Counted from the first letter of the stretch, positions 18,848 through 28,308 are shown. The stretch is 64,000 nucleotides of DNA from an uncultured Gemmatimonadales bacterium (GCA_963742755.1 CAVUMU010000002.1:108987-172986); one strand, 5' to 3'. The notes: generated by a model not told the origin, from the sequence alone. Made by a program: numbers and translations.

Positions 18848-19252
18848 ATGGCGCACAGATCAATGGCACGCGTCCGATGGGCCTTGGCGCTGGCTCTGGT
18901 CCTGCCGACGGCAGGGTGCGTGGCTGCGGCCGCCGCCGCAGGCGCAGGGGCGGGAATCTATCTCACCACCCGGGGGGCCGAGTCCCTGGTCGACAACTCG
19001 ATCGATAAGGTGGCCGAGCGGGTTCAGACCGTCATGAACGAGGAAGGAATCGTCCCCGACGCGTCCAGCACCGAGAGCGGCGGCGACAAGCGTGAGTTCA
19101 AGGGGAAAAAGGGCGACCTTGACGTGACCATTGAAATGGAACGAAAGAGCCCGACGAGCACTCGGGTCGAAGTCACCGCCCGCAAGAACGTGGCGGAGTG
19201 GGACAAGGAGTACGCCCAGCAGTTGTTGTCCAGGATCGTTGAGAAGAGCTGA
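18848..19252 (+). CDS. Small lipoprotein, DUF3568-like
   Basis: ATG 18848 preceded by GGAGGT. Lipobox LVLPTAGC. 134 aa, charged mature part. The family name is a tentative recollection. Confidence 0.55.
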   Translation: MAHRSMARVRWALALALVLPTAGCVAAAAAAGAGAGIYLTTRGAESLVDNSIDKVAERVQTVMNEEGIVPDASSTESGGDKREFKGKKGDLDVTIEMERKSPTSTRVEVTARKNVAEWDKEYAQQLLSRIVEKS

Positions 19253-19260
19253 GGGAGCGT

Positions 19261-19329
19261 CGGGAGTCAGGAGACAGGAGTCAGGAGCACTCTCGAACTC
19301 CCGACTCCGCCTCCCGACTCGACTACTCG
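19261..19329. repeat. Heptamer-array inverted repeat, GGAGTCA family (arms 19261-19287 and 19298-19329)
   Basis: CGGGAGTCAGGAGACAGGAGTCAGGAG, loop CACTCTCGAA, then CTCCCGACTCCGCCTCCCGACTCGACTACTCG. Lies between convergent genes. Confidence 0.85.
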
Positions 19330-19382
19330 CTGCGCATCAGCTGGTGGCAGTCGAATCGTTCCGGGGACGGGAACTAACCTCT

Positions 19383-20696
19383 TTACGCGGCGACGATCAC
19401 CCCCCGGCATTCGCCTAGCCCTATGCGGGCGGTGCCGGGCCGCTCGCAGTACCCCCGCATGATCACCTCGTCTCCATCCTCCAGAAACTTGCGAATTTCG
19501 CCCGTTGGCATCGTAATCGGCTCACTCCCCCGCATGGTCAGCTCCAGCAGGCAGCCTCGGGAGTCCTTGGTGGGTCCAGAGATGGTGCCGCTGGCAAAGA
19601 GGTCGCCCGGCTGAAGGTTGCAACCGTTGCTGGTATGGTGGGCGAACATCTGGGCGATGGTCCAGTACAGATCCGCCATCCGGCTGCGGCTCAGCTGATG
19701 AGGAGGCAGGCCTCTGTCCCGCATGCGCGCGGTGCGCAGTGAGACCTCGAGCGTGACGTCCACACCCCCGTGGCGGCGATCCTCGGGTGAGGTCAGGTAC
19801 GGAAGCGGGGGCGGGTCGCCGGCGGGCCGCTCGAATGCGGGGACCCGGAAAGGCTCCAGCGCCTCGAGCGTGACCACCCAGGGGGAAACCGTCGTGGCAA
19901 AGTTCTTGGACAGGAACGGACCGAGCGGCTGATACTCCCAGGTCTGAATGTCTCGGGCCGACCAATCGTTCACCAGACACAAGCCGAAGAGATGCTTCTC
20001 GGCTTCCGCGATCGGTACTGGCTCTCCCAGCGCGTTCCCCGGTCCAACAAAGCAGCCAACCTCCATCTCATAATCCAGGGCCCGGCTCGGGGCAAACAGC
20101 GGAGCCTCTGCATTGGGGTCCTTCAGCTGCCCCTCGGGCCGACGGACCTGGCTCCCGCTGGGGACGATCGAGGAGGCCCGCCCGTGATACCCGATGGGCA
20201 CCCACTTGTAATTGGGGAGGAGCGGATTGTCGGGCCGGAACATGCTGCCGACGTTGGTGGCGTGATGCACCGAGGCGTAGAAGTCGGTGTAATCGCCGAT
20301 CCGAGCCGGCAGGAGCAGCTCGACGTCAGACATCGGGACGAGGATGCGCTCTTCCAGTCGCCGATTGGCGCGGAATGCCGGTGAGTCGGAGCGGAGCAGG
20401 CTGCTGAGCTGAAGCCTGACCGCGGCCCAGTGATCCGGACCGAGCGCCATAAGCGGGTTCAATGATGGGGCGGTCCCCGCCCGGGCCGCCTGGGCCGCCA
20501 GCCCCGTGAAACCGGCAACCTCGCTGGAAGCGGCCAGGTCGAGGATCTGATCCCCTATCGCCACTCCGACCGTCGCCGAGCCCTTCGCTCCGTGTCTCCG
20601 GAAGACGCCGTAGGGAAGGTTCTGAATCGGGAAATCGGGGTGATTCTGGGCGGAGTCCACCCAGGAGGTCAGCCCCGGATCGTGGGTCTCGTTCAC
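19383..20696 (-). CDS. fahA: Fumarylacetoacetase
   Basis: I prefer GTG 20696 (437 aa), which overlaps the upstream stop as GTGA. The N-terminus SWVDSAQNHPDFPIQNLPYGVF and the FAH-fold C-terminal half are characteristic. Confidence 0.85.
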   Translation of the reverse strand: MNETHDPGLTSWVDSAQNHPDFPIQNLPYGVFRRHGAKGSATVGVAIGDQILDLAASSEVAGFTGLAAQAARAGTAPSLNPLMALGPDHWAAVRLQLSSLLRSDSPAFRANRRLEERILVPMSDVELLLPARIGDYTDFYASVHHATNVGSMFRPDNPLLPNYKWVPIGYHGRASSIVPSGSQVRRPEGQLKDPNAEAPLFAPSRALDYEMEVGCFVGPGNALGEPVPIAEAEKHLFGLCLVNDWSARDIQTWEYQPLGPFLSKNFATTVSPWVVTLEALEPFRVPAFERPAGDPPPLPYLTSPEDRRHGGVDVTLEVSLRTARMRDRGLPPHQLSRSRMADLYWTIAQMFAHHTSNGCNLQPGDLFASGTISGPTKDSRGCLLELTMRGSEPITMPTGEIRKFLEDGDEVIMRGYCERPGTARIGLGECRGVIVAA

Positions 20697-21598
20697 GGTC
20701 GTGGAACTCCGGGGGCGAGCAGCTGCAGGGACTCGAGGTCTGCGATCGGCTCGGTAAACGAGCAGGAGCCGAAGGAGATCATGCCTTGCCGTCGGGCGTC
20801 GCTCAGAGATCTCAGATCCAGGCGCCGGTTGCGCCAACTGAACCCTGACGCGTCAGCTTGGAAAGCATCGGGATCTCCTTCCTCCAACAGCTGGACAACC
20901 TCGACCTCTTCCATTCCGGATCGGAGAAACGCAGTAGCGAGCAGGAGATTGAGAAATCCGAACATGGTACCGCGGGGGCCGCCGTCCGCATAGGTCAGCG
21001 GGTATGTGGCCCGGAGCGGATGATGGAGCCCTGCGGTTGCCTTGAAAGGCACGGCGTACCGGACCGTTTCGCGAAGAAAGCGGACTAGATCCCGCGTCTC
21101 CGGGAAGGCATCCGGGGTCACACCACCGGTTCGCACCTTGGCCCGGCGCCCACCCCGCCCGATTGCCGCAACGAGGTGACCAGGGTCCCGGTCGATAGGA
21201 ACTTCGATGTAGGTCTGAAGGCCGGCCGGGACGAGGCTGAGGATCTCCCCGACGGCGTTTTCGGAGGTAGCTTTCACCTCGACGGTGTCGATGGGAGCTC
21301 TCGTGCTTCGGCGCCGATTAAAGCCGTCAATCAACTCCAGGTCGGCCGCGAGATCGGTTCCCAGGAGGGCCGCAAAGCACCAAGGACCTTCAGCCGGAAG
21401 CTGCGGAAGGCGCCCTAGCTGATCCTCGAGCTCGGACAGCCTGCTCACGGGAACAATGAAACGCCCCAAGGCCCAGGACGAGGACTCGCCAATGTAACGG
21501 ATATAGTTTTCCAGCGCGGCCTCCATGTCCAGCTCGGCCGGTGGAAAGAGACCCGCATAGTCGATACTTCGATGGAGCAACGTTCGGATCGCGCTCAT
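20693..21598 (-). CDS. Conserved-looking protein of unknown function, translationally coupled to fahA
   Basis: 301-aa ORF with ordinary, non-shadow composition and a 4-nt overlap with the fahA start. Notable motifs RAKVRTGG and FKATAGLHHPLR. I cannot place it in a named family. Confidence 0.6.
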   Translation of the reverse strand: MSAIRTLLHRSIDYAGLFPPAELDMEAALENYIRYIGESSSWALGRFIVPVSRLSELEDQLGRLPQLPAEGPWCFAALLGTDLAADLELIDGFNRRRSTRAPIDTVEVKATSENAVGEILSLVPAGLQTYIEVPIDRDPGHLVAAIGRGGRRAKVRTGGVTPDAFPETRDLVRFLRETVRYAVPFKATAGLHHPLRATYPLTYADGGPRGTMFGFLNLLLATAFLRSGMEEVEVVQLLEEGDPDAFQADASGFSWRNRRLDLRSLSDARRQGMISFGSCSFTEPIADLESLQLLAPGVPRP

Positions 21599-21762
21599 GG
21601 TGCAGGGAAAATAGGCTCGATCCGCCAGTCCCGCTGCCCGGCAGGCGGGTTCCTGTTTCCCTGCTGGGCTGCGAGGGCTCCTGGATCCACCGTCAGGTTT
21701 GGCGATCGTCCTGGCCGACCACGTGAAGTGAGCAACGCAGCGTAACGAAAGGCTTCCGCGTA

Positions 21763-23184
21763 ATGACCACCGCCGCCATCCATCCCAGCATCGCCAGCGT
21801 CAATCCAGCCACCGGCCAGGTTGTCCGCGCTTTCACTCCGCTATCGGAAGCCGAGCTCGACGCCCGCATCCAGCGGTCGGTCGACACTTACCGGCGATAC
21901 CGCTGCTCCCCGGTGGCGGAGCGCGCCCGACTGCTTCTCAAGGCCGCCGAGATCCTGGAGGCAGAGAAGGAGAGGTTCGGCAAGCTCATGGTCCTCGAGA
22001 TGGGCAAGACCATGAAGGCGGCCGTCGAGGAAGCGGTAAAGTGCGCCTGGGGCTGCCGCTACTATTCCGAGAACGCTGAGCGATTCCTGGCGGAGGATGT
22101 GATCCAGACCAGCGCCACCCGCAGCTACGTCGCCTATCAGCCCATCGGGCCGATTCTGGCGGTCATGCCCTGGAATTTCCCCTTTTGGCAAGTCTTTCGC
22201 TTCGCGGCCCCCGCTCTCGCGGCCGGCAACGTCGCCCTGCTCAAGCATGCCTCCAACGTACCGCAATGCGCCCTGGCCATTGAGGAAATTTTTCTGCGCG
22301 CCGGCTTTGCCGAAGGTTGTTTCCAGACCCTGCTGATCGAGACTGAGACTGTCCGCCGGGTGATCGAGGACCCACGGGTGATGGCGGTGACGCTGACCGG
22401 GAGCACAGGTGCCGGAAGCGCTGTCGCGAGCACCGCCGGAAAGCAGATCAAGAAGTCGGTACTGGAGCTGGGCGGAAGCGACCCGTTCATTGTGATGCCC
22501 AGTGCAGACCTCGAGGCGGCCTCCCGCACCGCGGTCAAAGCCCGGACGATCAACAATGGGCAGTCCTGCATCGCGGCCAAACGTTTTATCGTGGTGGGTG
22601 CCATCGCGGACGAGTTCGAGCGCCGGCTCGTGGCGGGAATGCGCGCGCTCGTCGTGGGCGACCCGATGGATCCCGCCACCGACGTCGGGCCGCTGGCAAA
22701 CGAGGCCCAGGTGAAGACGCTGACCGATCAAGTGGAGCGGTCGGTGCGAGGTGGGGCCCGGTTGCTGACCGGAGGGCACCCGCTGGACCAGCCAGGGTAT
22801 TACTTCGCGCCGGGGGTGCTGACCAACATCAGTCCCGATTCTCCTGCGTACCGCGAGGAGGTTTTTGGGCCGATCGCCCTGCTTTTCCGAGCCCGGGACA
22901 TCGACGAAGCCATCCAGATCGCCAACGATTCGCCCTTCGGGCTTGGTTCGAGCGCCTGGACCAACGACGAACGGGAGCGCGACCACTTCATCGGGGAGCT
23001 CGAGGCCGGTATGGTGTTCATCAACGGAATGGTGGCGTCCGATCCAAGACTCCCCTTCGGCGGGGTAAAGCAGTCAGGTCATGGCCGCGAGCTCGGGGTC
23101 TACGGAATGCGGGAGTTCGTGAACATCAAGACGGTATGGATCAACGGAGGAACCCCCGTCAAGGAGCTATCGAATGCGGAGTAG
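21763..23184 (+). CDS. gabD: NAD(P)-dependent succinate-semialdehyde dehydrogenase (aldehyde dehydrogenase superfamily)
   Basis: 473 aa. ALDH catalytic motifs LELGGSDP and NNGQSCIAAKR. N-terminus SVNPATGQ is typical of the SSADH subgroup. Confidence 0.8.
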   Translation: MTTAAIHPSIASVNPATGQVVRAFTPLSEAELDARIQRSVDTYRRYRCSPVAERARLLLKAAEILEAEKERFGKLMVLEMGKTMKAAVEEAVKCAWGCRYYSENAERFLAEDVIQTSATRSYVAYQPIGPILAVMPWNFPFWQVFRFAAPALAAGNVALLKHASNVPQCALAIEEIFLRAGFAEGCFQTLLIETETVRRVIEDPRVMAVTLTGSTGAGSAVASTAGKQIKKSVLELGGSDPFIVMPSADLEAASRTAVKARTINNGQSCIAAKRFIVVGAIADEFERRLVAGMRALVVGDPMDPATDVGPLANEAQVKTLTDQVERSVRGGARLLTGGHPLDQPGYYFAPGVLTNISPDSPAYREEVFGPIALLFRARDIDEAIQIANDSPFGLGSSAWTNDERERDHFIGELEAGMVFINGMVASDPRLPFGGVKQSGHGRELGVYGMREFVNIKTVWINGGTPVKELSNAE

Positions 23185-23331
23185 CACAAGCTACTACTAA
23201 TTGTATGTGGTTTTATGGTCGACTCGTGCCGTAGATCACCTGGCTTCGCGCGGTATCCCCGCTTTCCCACGCACCCCTTTTATACTAGACTGTTACCGGA
23301 CAGGTACCGTGTGGCCTCAGCAGGGGACCCT

Positions 23332-23487
23332 ATGTACATCGACCCGACAACGGGCAGCTTGGTTCTGCAGTTCGTCGCCGCTGGCGTGCTTTCAGTACTC
23401 GCTATGGCGTCCCGGGCGCGAGAGGCGCTCAAGACCTTCTTCAAGCTTCTGGTCCCGCGCCGAGGCCGGTGGGCTGGCAAGCCGTAG
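23332..23487 (+). CDS. Possible 51-aa single-helix membrane protein
   Basis: ATG 23332. Sequence MYIDPTTGSLVLQFVAAGVLSVLAMA followed by a basic tail. It sits directly before, and overlaps by 19 nt, the methyltransferase gene. Short, so uncertain. Confidence 0.35.
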   Translation: MYIDPTTGSLVLQFVAAGVLSVLAMASRAREALKTFFKLLVPRRGRWAGKP

Positions 23488-24860
23488 AGGGATCGTTCCG
23501 CGACCCTAGCGGCTTTGTTTATACCCGGGACGGCATCCTCTACCGGCAGGTCAATACCAGCTTTCGTGAGCCCTTCGAAGCGTTTCTCGCTTCGGGGCTC
23601 TACGATGAGCTTGCCCAGGAGGGTTTGCTTGTCGCCCACCGGCAGGTCGGCCTGGATCTCTCCGCCAGTCCCGACGCCTATGCTGTGCTCCAGCCCGAGC
23701 GGGTTGGCTTCATCTCCTACCCCTACGAGTGGTCATTCAGTCAGCTGCAGGATGCGGCTACTCTGACGCTGGACCTCCAGCGGCGCGCCCTGGCGCGAGG
23801 TTTCACGCTGCGGGACAGCAGCGCCTACAACGTCCAGTTCCAAGGGGGTCGCCCGCTCTTCATTGACAGCCTCTCCTTCGAGCCTCTGGAAGACGGGAAG
23901 CCCTGGACGGCCTACAAGCAGTTCTGCCAGCATTTCCTTCTGCCGCTGATGCTCATGAGCACGCGAGACGTCCGTTTCGGCCAGCTGCTGCGTTCGTACA
24001 TCGACGGTATCCCCCTCGACCTCGGTAGCGCGCTCCTGCCTCGCCGTACCTGGGCCAGACTGAGCACCCTGTTGCACATCCATATGCATGCCTGGGCTCT
24101 GGGACGCTATTCCGATACCGCCGTAGGCTCCGCCACGAAGGGTCGGAGGATGAGCCGTCAAGCGTTGCTGACTCTGGTGAAGAACCTGAGTGACGCGACC
24201 CGGCGGTTATCCTGGCGGGCGTCAGGCACTGAGTGGGCGGAATACGTCGACGACAACAATTACACGGCGGCCGCCAGCCAGAACAAGCGCACCATGGTGA
24301 TAGGTCACCTGCGGAGGGTTAATCCATGCACCGTCTGGGACCTCGGCGCCAACACCGGGGAATACAGTCGAGCGGCTCGGGAGGTAGCAGCGCAGGTGAT
24401 CTCCTTCGACGTCGATCCCGCCGCGGTGGAGCGGAACTACCGGCGAGTGCGTGCCGAGGGGGAGGCCGGCCTCCTTCCCCTCTTGCTTGATCTTACCAAC
24501 CCCTCCCCGGCGCAAGGCTGGGGCGGCCGCGAACGACTGTCACTGGAGGAGCGGGGACCGGCGGACGCTGTCCTGGCTCTTGCCCTGGTCCATCATCTGG
24601 CGATCGGACACAACCTGCCGCTGGAACAGATCGCCCACTATTTCGCCCGGATCGGCAGGCATCTCGTTATCGAGTTCGTCCCCAAGAGCGACTCCCAGGT
24701 CAAGCGCCTCCTGCTCAGTCGGCCCGACATCTTTCCGCACTACACCAAGGACGGGTTCGAACAGGCGTTTGCCCGTCACTTCACGATCGAGTCCTCATCG
24801 CCGATCCAGGATTCTGATCGTTGGCTTTACGCCATGTCTTCCCGTGGAGCGGGTGGGTGA
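23469..24860 (+). CDS. Class I SAM-dependent methyltransferase with a roughly 270-aa N-terminal extension
   Basis: 463 aa. SAM motif I VWDLGANTGEYS, followed by ISFDVDPAAVE. Confidence 0.75.
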   Translation: MGWQAVEGSFRDPSGFVYTRDGILYRQVNTSFREPFEAFLASGLYDELAQEGLLVAHRQVGLDLSASPDAYAVLQPERVGFISYPYEWSFSQLQDAATLTLDLQRRALARGFTLRDSSAYNVQFQGGRPLFIDSLSFEPLEDGKPWTAYKQFCQHFLLPLMLMSTRDVRFGQLLRSYIDGIPLDLGSALLPRRTWARLSTLLHIHMHAWALGRYSDTAVGSATKGRRMSRQALLTLVKNLSDATRRLSWRASGTEWAEYVDDNNYTAAASQNKRTMVIGHLRRVNPCTVWDLGANTGEYSRAAREVAAQVISFDVDPAAVERNYRRVRAEGEAGLLPLLLDLTNPSPAQGWGGRERLSLEERGPADAVLALALVHHLAIGHNLPLEQIAHYFARIGRHLVIEFVPKSDSQVKRLLLSRPDIFPHYTKDGFEQAFARHFTIESSSPIQDSDRWLYAMSSRGAGG

Positions 24861-26422
24861 TCGGCCGGTTGCGCCTGCTGTACCCCTTCGTCTTCGCGGT
24901 GTTGCCGCTGCTGAATGTTCTGTCCCGCAGTCCCGGCGGATCGGACCTGTGGGACATGGGACTGATGATTGCCGCCATGCTGGCGATGTGCGGACTGCTG
25001 TACGGACTGGTGCTCCTGCTGGTCAAAGGCCGCCTGGCGAAGCCCGTGGTATCGCTGATCGTGTTCCTGATCATCTTCTGGTTCTACGGCTACAGCCCGC
25101 TGACGCAGGCGGTCCAGGCCGGATCCCCCGGTATGGCGGCCCTGGCGGTCGTGGCGGCGGCCGTGGCGCTGACCATCGGTATGGCCTGGTGGCTGGCGCG
25201 GCGGCCGGCGTTTCTCGATCGGGCCACGACTTTCCTGGCACTCACCTGCACACTTGTGGCTGGATGGATGCTGGCCCAGGCAGCATTACACGGATTCCGG
25301 GCGAGGGGGGCCACTGAGGAGAGTGCGCTCGTCCGAAGGCTGGGGCAGCCCCTGGCCGGCTCACCTGCCAGCACGCCGCGGGCCGGGTCGAGGCAGCGGG
25401 ACATCTATCTGATCATCCTGGATGAGTATGCCAATGGCGCGGTTCTGCGCGAGCGCTTCGGGTTCAACAATCGGGTGTTCGAGGACAGCCTCGCCCGCCT
25501 AGGATTTACCGTGCCCCGGCTGGTCCGGAGCAACTATGTGCACACGCTCCTCTCGCTGCCTTCGCTGCTGAACTTTACCCATCTGACTGTGCTCGCCAGT
25601 GAAGTTGGCCCGCTCGAGACCGACCCCACTCTCCCGAACTACCTGGTCGAGAACAACCGCGTAGCCGCGTTTCTGAAGGCGCAAGGTTACAAGTTTCTGT
25701 TCTTCCCTTCCCAGTGGTGGATCTCTACCCGGCGGAGCCGGAATGCCGACTCCGAGTTCAGGGCGTGGCGCGGATTCCATCCGTTGCGCGACGCCACCCG
25801 CTCCGACCTGCGCCGCTGGCTGGTCCGGGTGACCGCATTACCGTCGAACTACAGCTATGACGCGGACCATGTGAAGCGGACGCTCGAGGGAGTGCGGCAG
25901 GTCGCATCGACGGCTGAGCCGACCTTTGTCTTCGCCCACGTGTTGAATCCCCACCGGCCTATCGTCTTTAACGCCGGCAACTGCCCCGGGCTCCGGCGCC
26001 GGTCGGCGGAAATCGGGGCACCGGGCAAGCAGGACGCGTACATACGGCAGGTCGAGTGTCTCAACGACCTCCTGATCTCTCTGGTCACCGACCTGCTGCG
26101 GAACTCGTCGCCTGCCCCAATCATCCTGCTGGTTGGCGACCATGGAACCAATACGCTGCGCTACTCCAGCGCGAAGGGCGCCGAAACCGTCTCCCCAGCC
26201 CAGGCGCGGGAGCGATTCGGCGCATTCGGCGCGTTCTACTTACCTGAAGCGGGCGGCCGCATCCTGGCAGACTCGGTCACGCTGGTGAACGTGATTCCCA
26301 GGGTGCTCAACCACTATTTCGCCGCACAGATTCCGCTCGCTCCAGATAGTCTCTACATGTCGCTGGAGCAGACCCCGTATCTCTTTGCACCGGTGGACCC
26401 GGCCGCGCTGGATGGAGACTAG
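24857..26422 (+). CDS. Membrane-anchored sulfatase-like / alkaline-phosphatase-superfamily protein (LTA-synthase-like transferase)
   Basis: GTG 24857 overlaps the upstream stop (GTGA). About 5 N-terminal TM helices, then a soluble domain with IYLIILDEYANG and LLVGDHGTN. Confidence 0.7.
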   Translation: MIGRLRLLYPFVFAVLPLLNVLSRSPGGSDLWDMGLMIAAMLAMCGLLYGLVLLLVKGRLAKPVVSLIVFLIIFWFYGYSPLTQAVQAGSPGMAALAVVAAAVALTIGMAWWLARRPAFLDRATTFLALTCTLVAGWMLAQAALHGFRARGATEESALVRRLGQPLAGSPASTPRAGSRQRDIYLIILDEYANGAVLRERFGFNNRVFEDSLARLGFTVPRLVRSNYVHTLLSLPSLLNFTHLTVLASEVGPLETDPTLPNYLVENNRVAAFLKAQGYKFLFFPSQWWISTRRSRNADSEFRAWRGFHPLRDATRSDLRRWLVRVTALPSNYSYDADHVKRTLEGVRQVASTAEPTFVFAHVLNPHRPIVFNAGNCPGLRRRSAEIGAPGKQDAYIRQVECLNDLLISLVTDLLRNSSPAPIILLVGDHGTNTLRYSSAKGAETVSPAQARERFGAFGAFYLPEAGGRILADSVTLVNVIPRVLNHYFAAQIPLAPDSLYMSLEQTPYLFAPVDPAALDGD

Positions 26423-26670
26423 CTGACCTTTGAGGCGCGGGGGCGACTCTTCCGCTTGACCGCCCGTTTGATCTTCGGCGTCCGCTTCCGGATGGCCTTG
26501 GAGATCTTCTTGCCGGCCGTCTTGGCCTTTTTTTTCAGGGCTTTGCCTACGGCCTTTGCCTTGCGGCGCACTCGAGGGTCCTCTGCGGCTTTCCGAATCA
26601 CCTTCTCCAGCAACGCGGTCGTTGCGATTGCAGCGGCGGTCTTCGCCAGATTCCTCTGCTTGCGCGCCAT
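26419..26670 (-). CDS. Small lysine/arginine/alanine-rich basic protein (histone-H1-like composition)
   Basis: ATG 26670, 83 aa: MARKQRNLAKTAAAIATT...KAKAVGKALKKKAKTAGKKISKAIRKRTPKIKRAVKRK. Overlaps the convergent sulfatase-like gene by 4 nt. Confidence 0.5.
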   Translation of the reverse strand: MARKQRNLAKTAAAIATTALLEKVIRKAAEDPRVRRKAKAVGKALKKKAKTAGKKISKAIRKRTPKIKRAVKRKSRPRASKVS

Positions 26671-26777
26671 GCGATCTCCAGGAAGTGGGTGTATCCGAAT
26701 CTCGCATTCGCCGGGCCAGCCGGACGTGAGGACTGTCACAGGGAGGACTATGGGCTACGGGCTCCGACCGGGACCAG

Positions 26778-27716
26778 GTGATTCGAGATGAATTGCACTC
26801 AGCTCTGGCCATGACGCTGCGCGGATTGTGGGCGGTGCTCGGACGTGCGGTCGCCGGGTGGTGGAACGACAACGTCCCCCACCTGGGCGCCGCACTGTCC
26901 TATTACACCCTCTTCTCGCTGGCCCCGATTCTCGTGGTGGCTATTGCGATCGGGGGTCTGGTCTTCGGAGCCGAGGCAGTACGGGGCGAGATCGTCGGCC
27001 AGATCGACGAGCTGGTTGGGCATGATGGGGCCGTAGCGGTACAGGCCATGCTCGAGGGCGCCGCGAAGCCCTCGTCCAGCGTGCCCGCAACCATCATCGG
27101 GATAGTCACCTTCTTCCTGGGAGCGACCGGCGCGTTTCTGGAGCTGCAGACCGCGCTCAACGCCATCTGGCGGGTGAAGCCCAAGGCGAGCAGCAGCTTT
27201 CTTCGATCAGTGTTGATCGACCGCATGATCTCGTTTGGGCTGGTGGTCGGAGTCGGCTTTCTGATGCTCACCTCACTGCTGGTGAGCGCGGGCCTGGCGG
27301 CCCTGCACACCTACATGGGGGAGACCTTCCCCGGCGGAGTGGTTCTGTGGGAAGCGGTGAACGTGATCGTCTCCCTTGGCGTCATCAGCATTCTGTTCGG
27401 TACGGTCTTCAAGGTGTTGCCGGACGTGGAGCTGGCGTGGAGCGATGTGTGGGTCGGCGGGTTGGTGACGGCTGGACTCTTTACGGTGGGAAAGCTGCTG
27501 ATCGGGCTCTATCTGGGCACCAGCGCCCTGGCCTCCTCCTACGGCGCGGCAGGCTCCGTCATCGTTCTCCTGGTGTGGGTCTACTACTCGGCCCAGATCA
27601 TTCTGCTCGGCGCCGAGTTCACCCGGGAATACGTCAAGCAGTTCGGCCGCCGTCCGACTCCCTCCGAGTTTGCCACCAAGGATCCGAGGCCGCCTACCGA
27701 TTCGTTCGGCCCATAA
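26778..27716 (+). CDS. YihY/BrkB-family membrane protein
   Basis: 312 aa. N-terminal hallmark GAALSYYTLFSLAPILVV and C-terminal VWVYYSAQIILLGAEFT. Confidence 0.85.
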   Translation: MIRDELHSALAMTLRGLWAVLGRAVAGWWNDNVPHLGAALSYYTLFSLAPILVVAIAIGGLVFGAEAVRGEIVGQIDELVGHDGAVAVQAMLEGAAKPSSSVPATIIGIVTFFLGATGAFLELQTALNAIWRVKPKASSSFLRSVLIDRMISFGLVVGVGFLMLTSLLVSAGLAALHTYMGETFPGGVVLWEAVNVIVSLGVISILFGTVFKVLPDVELAWSDVWVGGLVTAGLFTVGKLLIGLYLGTSALASSYGAAGSVIVLLVWVYYSAQIILLGAEFTREYVKQFGRRPTPSEFATKDPRPPTDSFGP

Positions 27717-28275
27717 ACTTCTCACCTTCCGAGGGGGTAAAGGCACGCATCCGCTGGAGCAGGGCGCCGGGGCTCGACTCCACGATGATGGCGTTCCGAT
27801 GCGCCTCGGTCAGGAATCCCTCCCGTACGGCGTGGTCCAGAAACCCGGTCAGCCCGTTGAAGTAACCCTCAACGTTGAGAATTCCCGAGGGCTTGGCGTG
27901 AATCCCAAGCTGCCCCCAGGTGAGAATCTCGAAGAAGCCTTCCAGGGTCCCGATTCCGCCGGGCAGGGCGATAAATCCATCAGACAGGTCGGCCATCTGG
28001 GATTTTCGCTGATGCATCGAAGCCACGACGATGAGGTTGCGGATGCCGGTATGCGCCGCCTCCTTCTCCACGAGCTGCTGGGGGATGATCCCGGTGACGT
28101 GGCCGCCGTGCTCCTGGACTGAGTCGGCCAGTTGGCCCATGATCCCCACACTCGCTCCGCCGTACACCAGCTCGATTCCCTCTTGTGCAAGGACCTGCCC
28201 CAGCTGGCGGGCAGCGGCCCCATAGGCCGGCCGCGATCCAGGGTTGGTGCCGCAGAACACACAGATCCGGTTCAT
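27694..28275 (-). CDS. LOG-family cytokinin riboside 5'-monophosphate phosphoribohydrolase-like protein
   Basis: 193 aa. ICVFCGTNPG...LVYGGASVGIMG...PGGIGTLEGFFE motifs. Confidence 0.9.
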   Translation of the reverse strand: MNRICVFCGTNPGSRPAYGAAARQLGQVLAQEGIELVYGGASVGIMGQLADSVQEHGGHVTGIIPQQLVEKEAAHTGIRNLIVVASMHQRKSQMADLSDGFIALPGGIGTLEGFFEILTWGQLGIHAKPSGILNVEGYFNGLTGFLDHAVREGFLTEAHRNAIIVESSPGALLQRMRAFTPSEGEKFMGRTNR

Positions 28276-28308
28276 CTCTCAGTACCCATCCGGTGGCCTC
28301 GTTCGGGA

